The notes beneath the pieces are model-generated. The model was not told the DNA's origin and did not search any database. It was given only the letters and a program-made list of their open reading frames with translations. Shown here piece after piece: positions 1 to 11,299 of a stretch of DNA of 64,000 bases. The number at the start of each line of letters is the position of its first letter. The first letter of the stretch is position 1. The translations under genes and the position numbers were made by a program. Source of the stretch: Octopus sinensis (taxonomy: Eukaryota); NCBI RefSeq assembly GCF_006345805.1, contig NC_043020.1, positions 11,966,001 through 12,030,000 of the forward strand. The letters run 5' to 3'.

Positions 1-10
1 TGCATGTATG

Positions 11-45
<35 letters not shown>

Positions 46-124
46 GTGTGTGTATGTATGTGTGTATGTATGCATATATGTATGTTGTATGTATGTATGC
101 ATATATATATGTATGTCTGTATGC

Positions 125-157
<33 letters not shown>

Positions 158-325
158 TGTATGTATGTATGTATGTATGTGTGTGTATGTGTGTATGTAT
201 GTATGTATGTGTTTGTGTGTGTATGTGTGTATGTATGTATGTATGTATATATGTATGTATTTATGTATGTATGTATGTATGTATGTATGTATGTATGTAT
301 GTATGTATGTGTGTATGTGTGTATC
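1..325. repeat. Compound (TATG)n/(TG)n microsatellite
   Basis: Direct tandem TATG/TG units; the same block recurs at ~44435-44890. Confidence 0.95.
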
Positions 326-684
326 CCTACATCCATCCCCTTTGTCCGCTTTTCCCGGGTGAGTTGTCCAGCACCTCCTCCATAGGGACCTACAAGAAGC
401 AACTGCCATTATACTTTCCTGCTCGATTCAGAAGTGTAACCAACCATGGATATCATCCAACCAGTTCGTTCTTGGTCTACCCTTTGGTCTTCTGTCCGTT
501 CGCTCGGTTTGAAGAGAATCTGTCTTGCGATTCCTTCCTGCGGCATTCTAATCTCATATATGTAGTGCAGAAACTATGATCTCTCAACGATGAGAACATT
601 GTGGCGTGTGTGACCTGGGGACACTCCACTGTACTCCGAACTACGCATCCTGTCGAACAACGTTGCTCCAGAGATCCTTATAGG

Positions 685-685
685 A

Positions 686-728
<43 letters not shown>

Positions 729-871
729 TAGACAGACGGGGGGACGGACGGGCAGACGGACAGACGGACGGGCAGACGGGCGGACGGGTAGACGGACAGA
801 CAGAAGGACGGACGGAGCGATAGATGGGTTTGGATAGACAGACAGACAGACAGATAGATAGATAGATAGAC

Positions 872-934
<63 letters not shown>

Positions 935-939
935 CAGAC

Positions 940-981
<42 letters not shown>

Positions 982-1032
982 ACAGACAGACAGACAGACA
1001 GACAGACGGACGGACGGACGGACGGACGGTCG

Positions 1033-1115
<83 letters not shown>

Positions 1116-1185
1116 GGACGGACGGACGGACGGACGGACGGACAGACAGACAGACAGACAGACACACAGACAGACACACAGACAG

Positions 1186-1225
<40 letters not shown>

Positions 1226-1260
1226 TGATAGATAGATAGATAGATATAGATAGATAGATA
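685..1260. repeat. Compound (GACA)n/(GACG)n/(GATA)n microsatellite
   Basis: Direct tandem tetranucleotides; duplicated at ~45250-45825. Confidence 0.95.
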
Positions 1261-1560
1261 TGAATATATATACAGTGACACATACTTACAATCATACATG
1301 CCTACACATACACATACGTATACACACGCACTACTGAATGACGTAGCAAGGAAGCCTCACTGTGTTAGCTCGACTTGCTAGAAATAGCAGATCAAATACT
1401 CCCCAAATCACACTTCAATGATTTACGGAAAAGGACACGTGACGTAACAAAGTCCGAGATATACCAAACAAAAAAGAAGAAAAAAACCAGGATAATCATT
1501 TCCGGGACGCCTTTGAATATTGGTCTGCTCAATGAAGACCAACAACAACAATAGCGAGTG

Positions 1561-1870
1561 GAGACGCAGTGGCCCAGTGGTTAGGGCAGCGGACTCGCGG
1601 TCGTAAGAACGCGGTTTCGATTCCCAGACCGGGCATTGGGAGTGTTTATTGAGCAAAAACACCTAAGGTCTACGAGGTTCCGACAGGTGGCGGTGTGAAC
1701 CCCGCTGTACTCTTTCACCACAACTTTCTCTCACTCTTTCTTCCTACATCTACCACAAAGCAGAGGAACCATGGTGTAACCCACTATGGCGTGGTAAAAC
1801 TTTCAGACCCTAGTCTAGATTGCGAATCCCCTGTACCCCAGGATGGTTCTGCTCTCCACCTGTTAAAAAA
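1561..1870 (+). mobile_element. tRNA-derived SINE, family 1 (tail variant a); copies at ~10357-10665 and ~46128-46440
   Basis: A-box TGGCCCAGTGG and B-box GGTTTCGATTCC head followed by the shared core GTGTTTATTGAGCxAAAACACCTAA. Confidence 0.8.
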
Positions 1871-2021
1871 GCCACCGTTTACGGAATGAGGATAACAACG
1901 TAGCTTTCGCGCCCGTGTAACTGCCATCCATCGCGTGTGGTGGGTGGATCTTCAAGTTGCCGCACGCATTCTTAGTAGCTTCGAGTAGGTTCGAATTAGA
2001 GATTATTATCTGTGGCTAATG

Positions 2022-2162
2022 GAAGAAGAAGAAGAAGAAGAAGAAGAAGAAGAAGAAGAAGAAGAAGAAGAAGAAGAAGAAGAAGAAGAAGAAGAAGAAG
2101 AAGAAGAAGAAGAAGAAGAAGAAGAAGAAGAAGAAGAAGAAGAAGAAGAAGAAAAGAAGAAG
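2022..2162. repeat. (GAA)n trinucleotide tract
   Basis: Direct tandem GAA; a similar tract is at 46587-46732 and (TTC)n at 33145-33222. Confidence 0.95.
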
Positions 2163-2290
2163 AAAGACAACAGCGGCGAGGACGACGACATATTCTTAAC
2201 TGAATATGGTAAGTCAGGAACATAAAACAATCTCACTCCTTTAACCTGAATCTTTTCAACTCAGTAAATCATATTATTAATCTCGTAATA

Positions 2291-2510
2291 GGGGTGGCAA
2301 GCTGTCAGAATTGATAGTACGCCGGACAAAAAGATTAGTGGCATTTCGTCCGTCTTTACGTTCTAAGTTTAAGATTTCGCCGACGTCGAATTTGCTTTTC
2401 ATCCTTTCGGGATCGATAAAATAACTACCAGTTGAACTCCGGTTTCGATGTAATCAATTTGCCCACTCGCCTGAAATTACCGGTCCTGTGCCAATATGGG
2501 AAACCATTGT
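2291..2510 (+). mobile_element. tRNA-derived SINE, family 3 (central domain resembling the MetaSINE type); copies at ~10668-10885 and ~46859-47075
   Basis: GGTGGCAAGCTGxCAGAA head and central TTTCATCCTTTCGGGATCGATAAAATAACTACCAG. The family assignment is from recall and was not searched. Confidence 0.65.
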
Positions 2511-2515
2511 TAATA

Positions 2516-2523
2516 TTACGTCA
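2516..2523 (+). promoter_or_regulatory. CRE-like element TTACGTCA upstream of PDE A1 (also 10891-10898 and 47084-47091)
   Basis: One mismatch to TGACGTCA; a comparable motif lies upstream of the B and C paralogs. Confidence 0.4.
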
Positions 2524-2772
2524 TAGTTAGGTTGATATCATAAGTGAGTGGAGTGTTTTAGTTGTAAAAGTGCTGTCTAATCTTTAAAAGAAATGTGTAA
2601 GAGAAAGAATGGGAGAGAGGAAGGAAGAGATTTAGTCAGAGAAGAGGGAGAGGGAGAGAGAGAAAGAGAGAAATGAAAATAAGGAAAATTAGGCCAAAAT
2701 GGAGAGATTGATAGATACATTGATAGATAGGCATGTATATGTACATATACATACATATACGTATGCATATAC

Positions 2773-2843
<71 letters not shown>

Positions 2844-2858
2844 TGTGAGTGTATGAAC

Positions 2859-2947
<89 letters not shown>

Positions 2948-3030
2948 AAGGAATACGCAAGTAAAAGAGACTTCGTTTCTTCGTGTCGATAGAATATAGT
3001 CAGCTGCTTCAATAATAGACTAAAGAAATA

Positions 3031-6000
3031 ATGTCTACAGGTCTGACAGAAGAAGACATAAGAGATTTCCTTCATGACAACCCAGAATTCGTTGATAAAT
3101 GGCTTTCAGAACACGGCATGGAAGAAATAGCACCCGATTTTTCGAAACATAAGATTTTATCAAAAGCTGCCCTAAAATTTTGGGGTAAACTGTCTCCCAA
3201 ACAAGATCCAACTCAATATCTTGAGAATTCGGTTGAGGAACCAGAGTTACCTGTTAGTAAGATGAATTTGTTCAGAGATACACTCAAAGTGGTTCAGTCA
3301 GACATTAATTCAACGAGAGTTACTAAAAGAATTCTTCAAAACGCCTGCATTTTGCTTCGTTGTCATGCAACGAGCCTTCTTTTGGTCCAAGGAGTTGGTA
3401 AAAATCGATTTCTTATTTCGGAAACCAGTAATATTTCAACTAGATCTCAACTTGGCGAAATAGATAATACAGAAGAAGACACGGTTCATCTACCATTTGG
3501 CAAAGGAATTGTTGGTTTCGTAGCGGAAAACGAATGTTTAGTAAATATAAAAGAAGCGTGGCGTGATTCACGCCTTACAGAAAATATGAGAGAGACTAAC
3601 TGTCAAATTAAATCGATTCTTTCGCTACCAATTTTCGATAAAAACGATCGTGTGATAGGAGTAGCTAAAGCATTGAATAAATTGGATGGAGATAATTTCG
3701 ATTCTAGTGATGAAAACTTATTCGAATGTTTTTCGAAAATTTGTGCTCTGAATCTCAACAATGATCAGTTCTTTAAGGCTGCCCAAGGAGAAAAAATACG
3801 GCATCAAATGTTATTGAAACTCGGTCGGTGTTTTTTGAAAACTGGGGAGGATTTCCAGAGACTTGTATCTGAAATTCTTCAATACGCCATCAAAATGCTG
3901 GACTGTGATAATATTAGCATCTATTTAAGTGATGATATAGACGATGCACGTCAACTGACCGAGTCAGCGAACGTTTTACAACTTTTGAAGGGAGACACTA
4001 AAGTAAAAAATGCACCTATAGACCCGATGTTCATATCATTTATTGAACGAAATATGAATAGTGCTAGCATGGTGAATGTAGTTAGCGTGACTAATTTACA
4101 TGATAGAACCAAATGGAAAACAAAAATCACAGTGGATGGCGATATACTAAATTGGATAATTTGCGTGACAATACACGGTGATCGCGATAGTGTAATTGGT
4201 TATATGATGTTTCTCAGGAAGACGATTAATACCTTTAGTGAAAATGACATTAATATGTTGGAGACATTTGCCATTTTCTGCGGACTGGCGATTTATAACG
4301 ACCATTTGTACAAAAGTTGCAATAAAATAACATCCAGCCAAGATTTCGCATACGAATTGCTTCAGTTTCACACGACTTGCGAAGAAGAAGAAGCTTATGA
4401 CATGCAACATCAAGACATTCGCACAACAAGTCACTATAAACTTTACTCTTACAATTTTATTAGTTATTTATACTCAGAAGACGAACAGGTTATATTGACT
4501 GCTCTTATCTTTATAGAAATGAACGCTCTAAATTCATTGAAAATATCCAAGTTTACTTTGTATAGATGGATACTAACTGTGAAAAAAAACTATCGTCCTC
4601 TTACCTACCATAATTGGCAGCATGCTGTCAATGTTACTCAAGCAATGTTTTGTATGTTGACCACCGGTAGATTACAAGTATATTTCAAAGAATTTGAACT
4701 AATATGTCTGCTAATAGCTTGCTTGTTTCATGACATTGATCACAGAGGAACCAATAATGCATTCCAAGTGAATACAGCATCGCCTCTTGCTACTCTCTAC
4801 AATACGTCTGTGTTGGAAAACCATCATATAAATCGAAGTATCATGATATTGCAAAATGAAGATACAAATATTTTAAAAAACGTTTCAGCTGAAAAATATA
4901 AGAAGGCTCTCAAATTTATCGAGAAAGCAATCCTCGCTACAGACCTTGTAGATTATTTTTTGAAAAGAAACACTTTTAGAAAACACATCGAAGACGGTAA
5001 CAAAACTTTTGAGTCTCGAGAAAGCGTTGAATTATTAACTAGTATGATAATGACTGCAGCTGATCTTACAGCTATTACCAAGCCATGGGATTTTCAAAAA
5101 TTCTCAGTCATGTTAATGGCTGAGGAATTCTTTACACAAGGAGACATGGAAAGAGATTATGATATTCCTCTGTTGCCGTTAATGGATCGCAATTGTATAC
5201 GCGAAATACCACAAATGCAAGTTGGTTTTATTGATTTTGTGAGTACACTGCTTTATAAAACTTTGTCAGAACTGCATGAAGAATTGGAGCCTTTATATCA
5301 TGGGATGCTCGACAACAGAGCTCACTGGGCTGGTATTGCAAATGGTGATGAAATATTTGATATTAAGAAAGAGTATGAATTAGCTTTAAAGACGTTTTAC
5401 TCAGGAGTACCGATATCGAGTACGACTACTCCGATGTTACAAGTAAATGTAGCCACACAGACAGTTCTGACATATTTAAATGTGGTGCTAGAGCAACAAA
5501 CCATCCAAACCATACTTTCTTATCCTATTGAAGAATTAGTCACTGTGGATGATCTAACAATACCTGTTTCACCGGAAACTGAGATGATTACTAGAGTAAC
5601 AAAGAATTGTCAAACCGATGAACGATCCCCAACTGTAAGCGAAGTATCTGTTCAGACTTATGTACCTGCTACACGTACTGGTGAAGCCTCACCCGATGAA
5701 CCACAACCACACGTGTTCAGACGACAACCGTCCACTTTAACAAAATCTGGGAACTACTCGGGATCAGAAACTATAGTTTCATCACGTTCCAAGTCGTCAT
5801 TATACAGGTCGCCTTATACAGCTAGACGATCAAGTTGTTTCGATGAGCTTCTTTACGAAAGACGCCGGGAATTAGAGCAGGAAAAAGGAAAATCATTTAG
5901 AAATGCACTCTGTTTAGAAAAACCTTTGTCTATAAAAAGATCATCGCGTGTTATTTTACCACCGAACCCAATACGACGGGAAAGCACACAAACACGTTCC

Positions 6001-6450
6001 AGTGATTATATATTCAACAGAAGTTCGTCTACCATACGGTTTTCGATTGGGGAAATTTCTCAAAGAGATGAAGTTTTGTTTGAAAACATTCCGAAGAAGT
6101 CTTCTTTGAAATCTGAAATATCGGTGAAATCTCCCATTAAGGAGAACGTTCTTGAGCCAGTCAAAAACGATAATGTTCGTAAGAAGAGTAAAGAGGTACA
6201 GATAACTACGCCAAAAAAGAACAGACTGTCTTGGACGGATGCATACGAGGGTAGTGATAGTACAAAAAGTAGAATACCTGTGGCTCGAAAGTCACTTTCT
6301 ATACCGAGAGATCGAAAGGACAGTGTGGTTAAAAGATCGAGTTCAATAATGAAAAAAGATACGACACAGAATATGGAGTTTCGAAAACGAAAATGTGTGA
6401 AAGCTGTTCCAAAGAATTCTCAAAGGCGTAAAAGATTGCTATTTGTGTGA
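3031..6450 (+). CDS. Intronless GAF-GAF-PDEase cyclic nucleotide phosphodiesterase, PDE5/6/11 family, type A copy 1 (1139 aa as assembled)
   Basis: GAF-A NKxxxxxFxxxDE motif (LNKLDGDNFDSSDE); catalytic YHNWQH, HDIDHRG, LENHH, ILATD, ADLTAITKPW and PQMQVGFIDF. One G is missing at ~6438 relative to A2/A3, turning AICVIC* (stop would be 6456-6458) into LFV*. AATAAA at ~6505. Confidence 0.95.
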   Translation: MSTGLTEEDIRDFLHDNPEFVDKWLSEHGMEEIAPDFSKHKILSKAALKFWGKLSPKQDPTQYLENSVEEPELPVSKMNLFRDTLKVVQSDINSTRVTKRILQNACILLRCHATSLLLVQGVGKNRFLISETSNISTRSQLGEIDNTEEDTVHLPFGKGIVGFVAENECLVNIKEAWRDSRLTENMRETNCQIKSILSLPIFDKNDRVIGVAKALNKLDGDNFDSSDENLFECFSKICALNLNNDQFFKAAQGEKIRHQMLLKLGRCFLKTGEDFQRLVSEILQYAIKMLDCDNISIYLSDDIDDARQLTESANVLQLLKGDTKVKNAPIDPMFISFIERNMNSASMVNVVSVTNLHDRTKWKTKITVDGDILNWIICVTIHGDRDSVIGYMMFLRKTINTFSENDINMLETFAIFCGLAIYNDHLYKSCNKITSSQDFAYELLQFHTTCEEEEAYDMQHQDIRTTSHYKLYSYNFISYLYSEDEQVILTALIFIEMNALNSLKISKFTLYRWILTVKKNYRPLTYHNWQHAVNVTQAMFCMLTTGRLQVYFKEFELICLLIACLFHDIDHRGTNNAFQVNTASPLATLYNTSVLENHHINRSIMILQNEDTNILKNVSAEKYKKALKFIEKAILATDLVDYFLKRNTFRKHIEDGNKTFESRESVELLTSMIMTAADLTAITKPWDFQKFSVMLMAEEFFTQGDMERDYDIPLLPLMDRNCIREIPQMQVGFIDFVSTLLYKTLSELHEELEPLYHGMLDNRAHWAGIANGDEIFDIKKEYELALKTFYSGVPISSTTTPMLQVNVATQTVLTYLNVVLEQQTIQTILSYPIEELVTVDDLTIPVSPETEMITRVTKNCQTDERSPTVSEVSVQTYVPATRTGEASPDEPQPHVFRRQPSTLTKSGNYSGSETIVSSRSKSSLYRSPYTARRSSCFDELLYERRRELEQEKGKSFRNALCLEKPLSIKRSSRVILPPNPIRRESTQTRSSDYIFNRSSSTIRFSIGEISQRDEVLFENIPKKSSLKSEISVKSPIKENVLEPVKNDNVRKKSKEVQITTPKKNRLSWTDAYEGSDSTKSRIPVARKSLSIPRDRKDSVVKRSSSIMKKDTTQNMEFRKRKCVKAVPKNSQRRKRLLFV

Positions 6451-7106
6451 TTTGTTAGACTACCATTATATGGGCCGGAGGAACAACTGGTGTTCTAGTA
6501 ACGAAAATAAATGAAATAACAAAGGCATTAAAATGTTTTCTCTTTATGCACAAAGCCGACATTTTTGAGGAGAGGATGCGGGATTAGTCGAAATCATTGA
6601 ATCCATTCCTTGACTCGTACTCCGAAGAAATGAAACGTAAAGTTAACCTCGGCGGGATTTGACTTCAGAAGGTATAGACGAGGGACAAATATGGTGAAGC
6701 ATGTATTCCGATACTAACGATTGTGCCACCTCATCGCCCTCACAACAGATATTAAAATATGCCGTTGAGAGAGTAATTAAATTAAATAAATTGATTAGCA
6801 AATATTTAAGTTTCTGGTTTCAAACTTTGGCATTTAAACCAGCAAATCAAACTCAAATATTCTGCTTTGTTTCATGTTTAAATCTAAACCGGCCAGATCT
6901 GGCCTCTCACACCTACCCGACAATGTCATTCAAAAAATATAATCACCCTCTCGAAATCTCGAAGCTACGAGCTGGTAACAATGTATTTTACTGCCGACAG
7001 ACAGAAACACCGACCACACACACAATCTAACATTCACTCTCACCCTGTATACATGCATACATACATACATACATACATACATACATACATACATACATAC
7101 ATACAT

Positions 7107-7145
<39 letters not shown>

Positions 7146-7239
7146 ATTAAACTTACTTGGAAATGAATGCGTGGCGTTCAATCATATAATAATATAATAA
7201 AAATATATACATGTATATATACATACCAACTTTCTCATC

Positions 7240-7290
<51 letters not shown>

Positions 7291-8104
7291 GATATGGATA
7301 TATGGGTAATGGACATCACAAATTGTAAACAACGTGAAATACGAAGACAAACTCGGGTACGCAAACAACGAGAGAAGCAAATGGAAAACAAGACAAGTAA
7401 CATAAAGAACGACCCGTCATCAGTTGTTGGCTGTCCATCTGCTCCTCATTTCGAGCAATATGTATAACAAACGATGGATAGGTGTCATTTCGCTACAGCT
7501 GTTTCTAACAGTTGTCAAATGATTAATGAGTACATTATGTTATTATAAAAAGTTGCATGATTAATTCAAAGTAATCAAAGCAAATAAGCATTACATTTGA
7601 CAGAGAACACTGAATGTTGAAGATATAACTGCTGGGGCAGTGGCGTAACTGAATGGTTTCAGGTTGGCCGAAACAAATTGCGATTTACCTTTCATCTTGG
7701 GAGAATGAAAGATAAATCCCAAGCAGTTAAATGAAAAGGTACCAGTCAAATACTAGGGTCGATTTAATCGATGGTTGGCATGTGCCAACATGCGATTGGA
7801 CGGCACGAACTGTAGAGCCCAAATCTCCACCCAGTGGTGGGGCTCCAACGTCAAGTTAAGCGAGACGCTGTTTGGAGGTGGTAACGATGTATTTTATGTC
7901 AATAGACAGAAACACACCACACACACACACACACACACACATACACACACATATACACACAACGTAAGATTCACTCACATACGAAGACTCTCTCCCTATA
8001 TACCGTTAGTTAAAAGGACCAATGAAACAAAACAATTTGCAAATGTGTGTATTAAACTAATTGTATATGTTTGCTTATAACCTTATATTCGTTCCATTCT
8101 AAAC

Positions 8105-8150
8105 AAAACTGTCCGACGAACGAGGAGGTGAAACTCTGAGTAACAGTTTT
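8105..8150 (+). ncRNA. Minimal type I hammerhead-like motif (U4C core variant); copies at 16175-16220 and 52651-52696
   Basis: Perfect 8-bp stem I AAAACTGT/ACAGTTTT, core CCGACGA, GAAAC, stem III ACTC-T-GAGT and a GUA triplet. Stem II is weak. Confidence 0.5.
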
Positions 8151-8248
8151 TTGTGATATTTTTGCTGCCTTTTGAAAAAGCATATTACTCTACTTCTGGT
8201 ATTCGAATACTATTTCTCCACCTTGTTTCGCATTTATGTGCTTACTCT

Positions 8249-8343
<95 letters not shown>

Positions 8344-9000
8344 ATATATATATTATATATATATATATAAATTTTTGCGTAATGAGATAAAAAAAACCAA
8401 GGCTGTATCGATATTAGAGCATTTATAGATAGGTCTTACAGCTGTTTCTAGGATATTTATTAATAATAATATCCCTTCATCGGAGACAGTGTGAGAGGAA
8501 AAGTTAAGTCATAGTTAGTTTCGATGTAATATAAATAGAGAGTGAGGTGGAGGAAAGAAAATAGATGTAAGATATGTATGGTTATTGAGTTAAAAAATCC
8601 GTTTTATAGGCATAATGGTATATATGTGTATTATTTCAATATCCTTTGAGTAAAATCCAAAAGTCCAACAGAGTTTAATATGAGTCCAACATATATTTAT
8701 ATAACAAATGATGGATAGGTGTCAATTTATTACAGCTGTTTCTAACGAATTTTTTTTGAATTTGTTTAATGTGTACATTATATCATTATAAAAAAACGCT
8801 TTCTTCAGATGAATATACAAATTTTGCAATTAAGAACACTTGGAAGAAATTTAAATCCGCGGCATGTGTATATTTTGTGACTCCACGATCAATACAGGTC
8901 ACAGAATGAGTTTGCCAAATCAAAATAGAACAAATTCAAGTGGTTTTGTACGACATATGTGGGAAGAGTGTATTTAACTCGTCTATATTGTCTATATAGT

Positions 9001-9305
9001 GGAGGTGCAATGGCCCAGTGGCTAGGGCAGTTGACTCGCAGTCGTAGGATCGCGGTTTCGATTCCAAGACCGGGCGTTGTGAGTGTTTATTGAGCGAAAA
9101 CACCTAAAAGCTCCACGAGGCTCCGGCAGGGGGTGGTGATCCCTGCTGTACTCTTTCACCACACTTTCTCCCACTCTTTCTTCTGTTGGCCTGCTTGCTT
9201 AGCCAGCGAGGTGGCGTCATTCGAAGGCTAAAAACAATGCGAATGCATTGTGACCAGCGATGTGTAACAGCATCTGTTGGTCTGGTCGGTCACGTGATCA
9301 CGTGA
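9001..9305 (+). mobile_element. tRNA-derived SINE, family 1 (tail variant b); copies at 17012-17317, 53547-53851 and 61701-61998
   Basis: A/B-box head, shared core and a tail ending GTCACGTGA. ATATTGTCTATAT occurs on both flanks as a probable target-site duplication. Confidence 0.85.
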
Positions 9306-9523
9306 TATTGTCTATATGTGGGAGGAGTGTATTTAAGATTTATGGTCTTGAAGAAGGTTAGTCGGCTTTGTAGCTAGGTGAAGCGGATGAAAAATGAACA
9401 GCCGAAGTCTCCTTTCCACAATTAAGAAAGAGGTTGTGCCATCAAGGCGGTGTCTCAGCATAGCATGACCACAGTCTAATGACTGAGGTGGTCATATTTA
9501 ACGCTCGAGAAGATTGGTAATGT

Positions 9524-9559
9524 CTTTGACGTTTCGAGCCTACGTTCTTCTACAGAAAG
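9524..9559 (-). ncRNA. Minimal type I hammerhead-like motif (A6U core variant); copies at 17536-17571 and 54070-54105
   Basis: The minus strand reads CTTT CTGTAGA A GAAC-GTAG-GCTC GAAA CG TC AAAG: 4-bp stem I, stem II with one mismatch, palindromic ACGT stem III and a GUC triplet. Confidence 0.45.
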
Positions 9560-9653
9560 GGACTCAGAAAAAAGAAGGAGAGAAACAAGGAGAGAAAAAA
9601 AAGAGAGAAAAAAATGTGTGTAGTGGCTAACGATCTGTCATGGCGATATATAT

Positions 9654-9665
<12 letters not shown>

Positions 9666-9685
<20 letters not shown>

Positions 9686-9768
9686 CTAGCAGTATCGCCC
9701 GGCGTTGCTCGGGTTTGTAAGGGAAATAACTATATAAGCATTTTTAGAGAGTTACTTCCCTTATATAA
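9666..9768 (+). mobile_element. Helitron/Helentron-like non-autonomous element end, cut by the assembly gap; second copy from ~17699
   Basis: TACTAGCAGTATCGCCCGGCGTTGCTCGGG subterminal hairpin start inside a TA tract. The classification is by resemblance only. Confidence 0.45.
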
Positions 9769-9868
9769 NNNNNNNNNNNNNNNNNNNNNNNNNNNNNNNN
9801 NNNNNNNNNNNNNNNNNNNNNNNNNNNNNNNNNNNNNNNNNNNNNNNNNNNNNNNNNNNNNNNNNNNN
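9769..9868. other. Assembly gap (100 N)
   Basis: Run of N bases. Confidence 1.
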
Positions 9869-9952
9869 TTGCCTCTTCTAGCTTCTTAACTAGCTCACCC
9901 TCTACTCTATTTCTATCTATGGCTAGTGCAGATAGATAGATAGGTAGATAGG

Positions 9953-10053
<101 letters not shown>

Positions 10054-11135
10054 GGATAGATATGAATATATATACATTGACACATACTTACAATCATACA
10101 TGCCTACACATACACATACGTATTCACACGCACTACTGAATGACGTAGCAAGGAAGCCTCACTGTGTTAGCTCGACCTGCGAGAAATAGCAGATCAAATA
10201 CTCCCCAAATCACACTTCAATGATTTACGGAAAAGGACACGTGACGTAACAAAGTCCGAGATATACAAAAAAGAAGAAAAAAACCAGGATAATCATTTCC
10301 GGGACGCCTTTGAATATTGGTCTGCTCAATCAAGACCAACAACAACAATAGCGAGTGGGGGCGCAGTGGCCCAGTGGTTAGGGCAGCGGACTCACGGTCG
10401 TAAGAACGCGGTTTCGATTCCCAGACATCGGGCATTGGGAGTGTTTATTGAGCAAAAGCACCTAAGCTCTACGAGGCTCCGGCGGGTGGCGGGGTGAACC
10501 CCGCTGTACTCTTTCACCACAACTTTCTCTCACTCTTTCTTCCTACATCTGCCACAAAGCAGAGGAACCATGGAACTATGGTGTGGTAAAACTTTCAGAC
10601 CCTAGTCTAGATTGCGAATCCCCTGTACCCCAGGATGGTTCAGCTCTCCACCCATTAAAAAAGCCACCGTGGCAAGCTGGCAGAATTGATAGTACGCCGG
10701 ACAAAAAGATTAGTGGCATTTCGTCCGTCTTTACGTTCTAAGTTTAAAATTTCGCCGACGTCGAATTTGCTTTTCATCCTTTCGGGATCGATAAAATAAC
10801 TACCAGTTGAACTCCGGTTTCGATGTAATCAATTTGCCCACTCGCCTGAAATTACCGGTCCTGTGCCAATATGGGAAACCATTGTTAATATTACGTCATA
10901 GTTAGGTTGATATCATAAGTGAGTGGAGTGTTTTAGTTGTAAAAGTGCTGTCTAATCTTTAAAAGAAATGTGTAAGAGAAAGAATGGGAGAGAGGAAGGA
11001 GGAGATTTAGTCAGAGGAGAGGGAGAGAGAGAAAGGGAGAAATGAAAATAAGGAAAATTAGGCCAAAATGGAGAGATTGATAGATACATTGATAGATAGG
11101 CATGTATATGTACATATACATACATAAACGTATGC

Positions 11136-11187
<52 letters not shown>

Positions 11188-11202
11188 CGTGAGTGTATGA
11201 AC

Positions 11203-11299
<97 letters not shown>

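Larger units (their letters stand above)
1..9650 (+). repeat. Segmental duplication unit (A1 unit), near-identical to ~44565-54200 (A3 unit); also homologous to ~9930-17700 (A2 unit)
   Basis: Unique sequence such as 361 GAGTTGTCCAGCACC matches 44925, ATG 3031 matches 47598, and SINE 9001 matches 53547. The offset is ~44.55-44.57 kb throughout. Confidence 0.95.

Noticed and set aside
4-1299. Long ORFs such as MYVCMYVC..., IYLSIYLS... and poly-E/R/S/L here and throughout the window
   Set aside because: They are translations of microsatellites lacking stop codons, with no protein signal.
4147-4434. Antisense ORFs within PDE genes (also 11424, 12499, 21857, 23744, 48714, 57735, 59925)
   Set aside because: Short shadow frames of the coding strand with no recognisable motifs.
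3031-6450. Bacterial horizontal transfer as the reason for the lack of introns
   Set aside because: Domain order and motifs are those of the animal PDE5/6/11 family, with eukaryotic CaaX and poly(A) signals. Retroposition is more parsimonious.
9001-9075. tRNA genes at the A/B-box motifs
   Set aside because: They are SINE heads: no complete cloverleaf, and each is followed by a shared SINE core.
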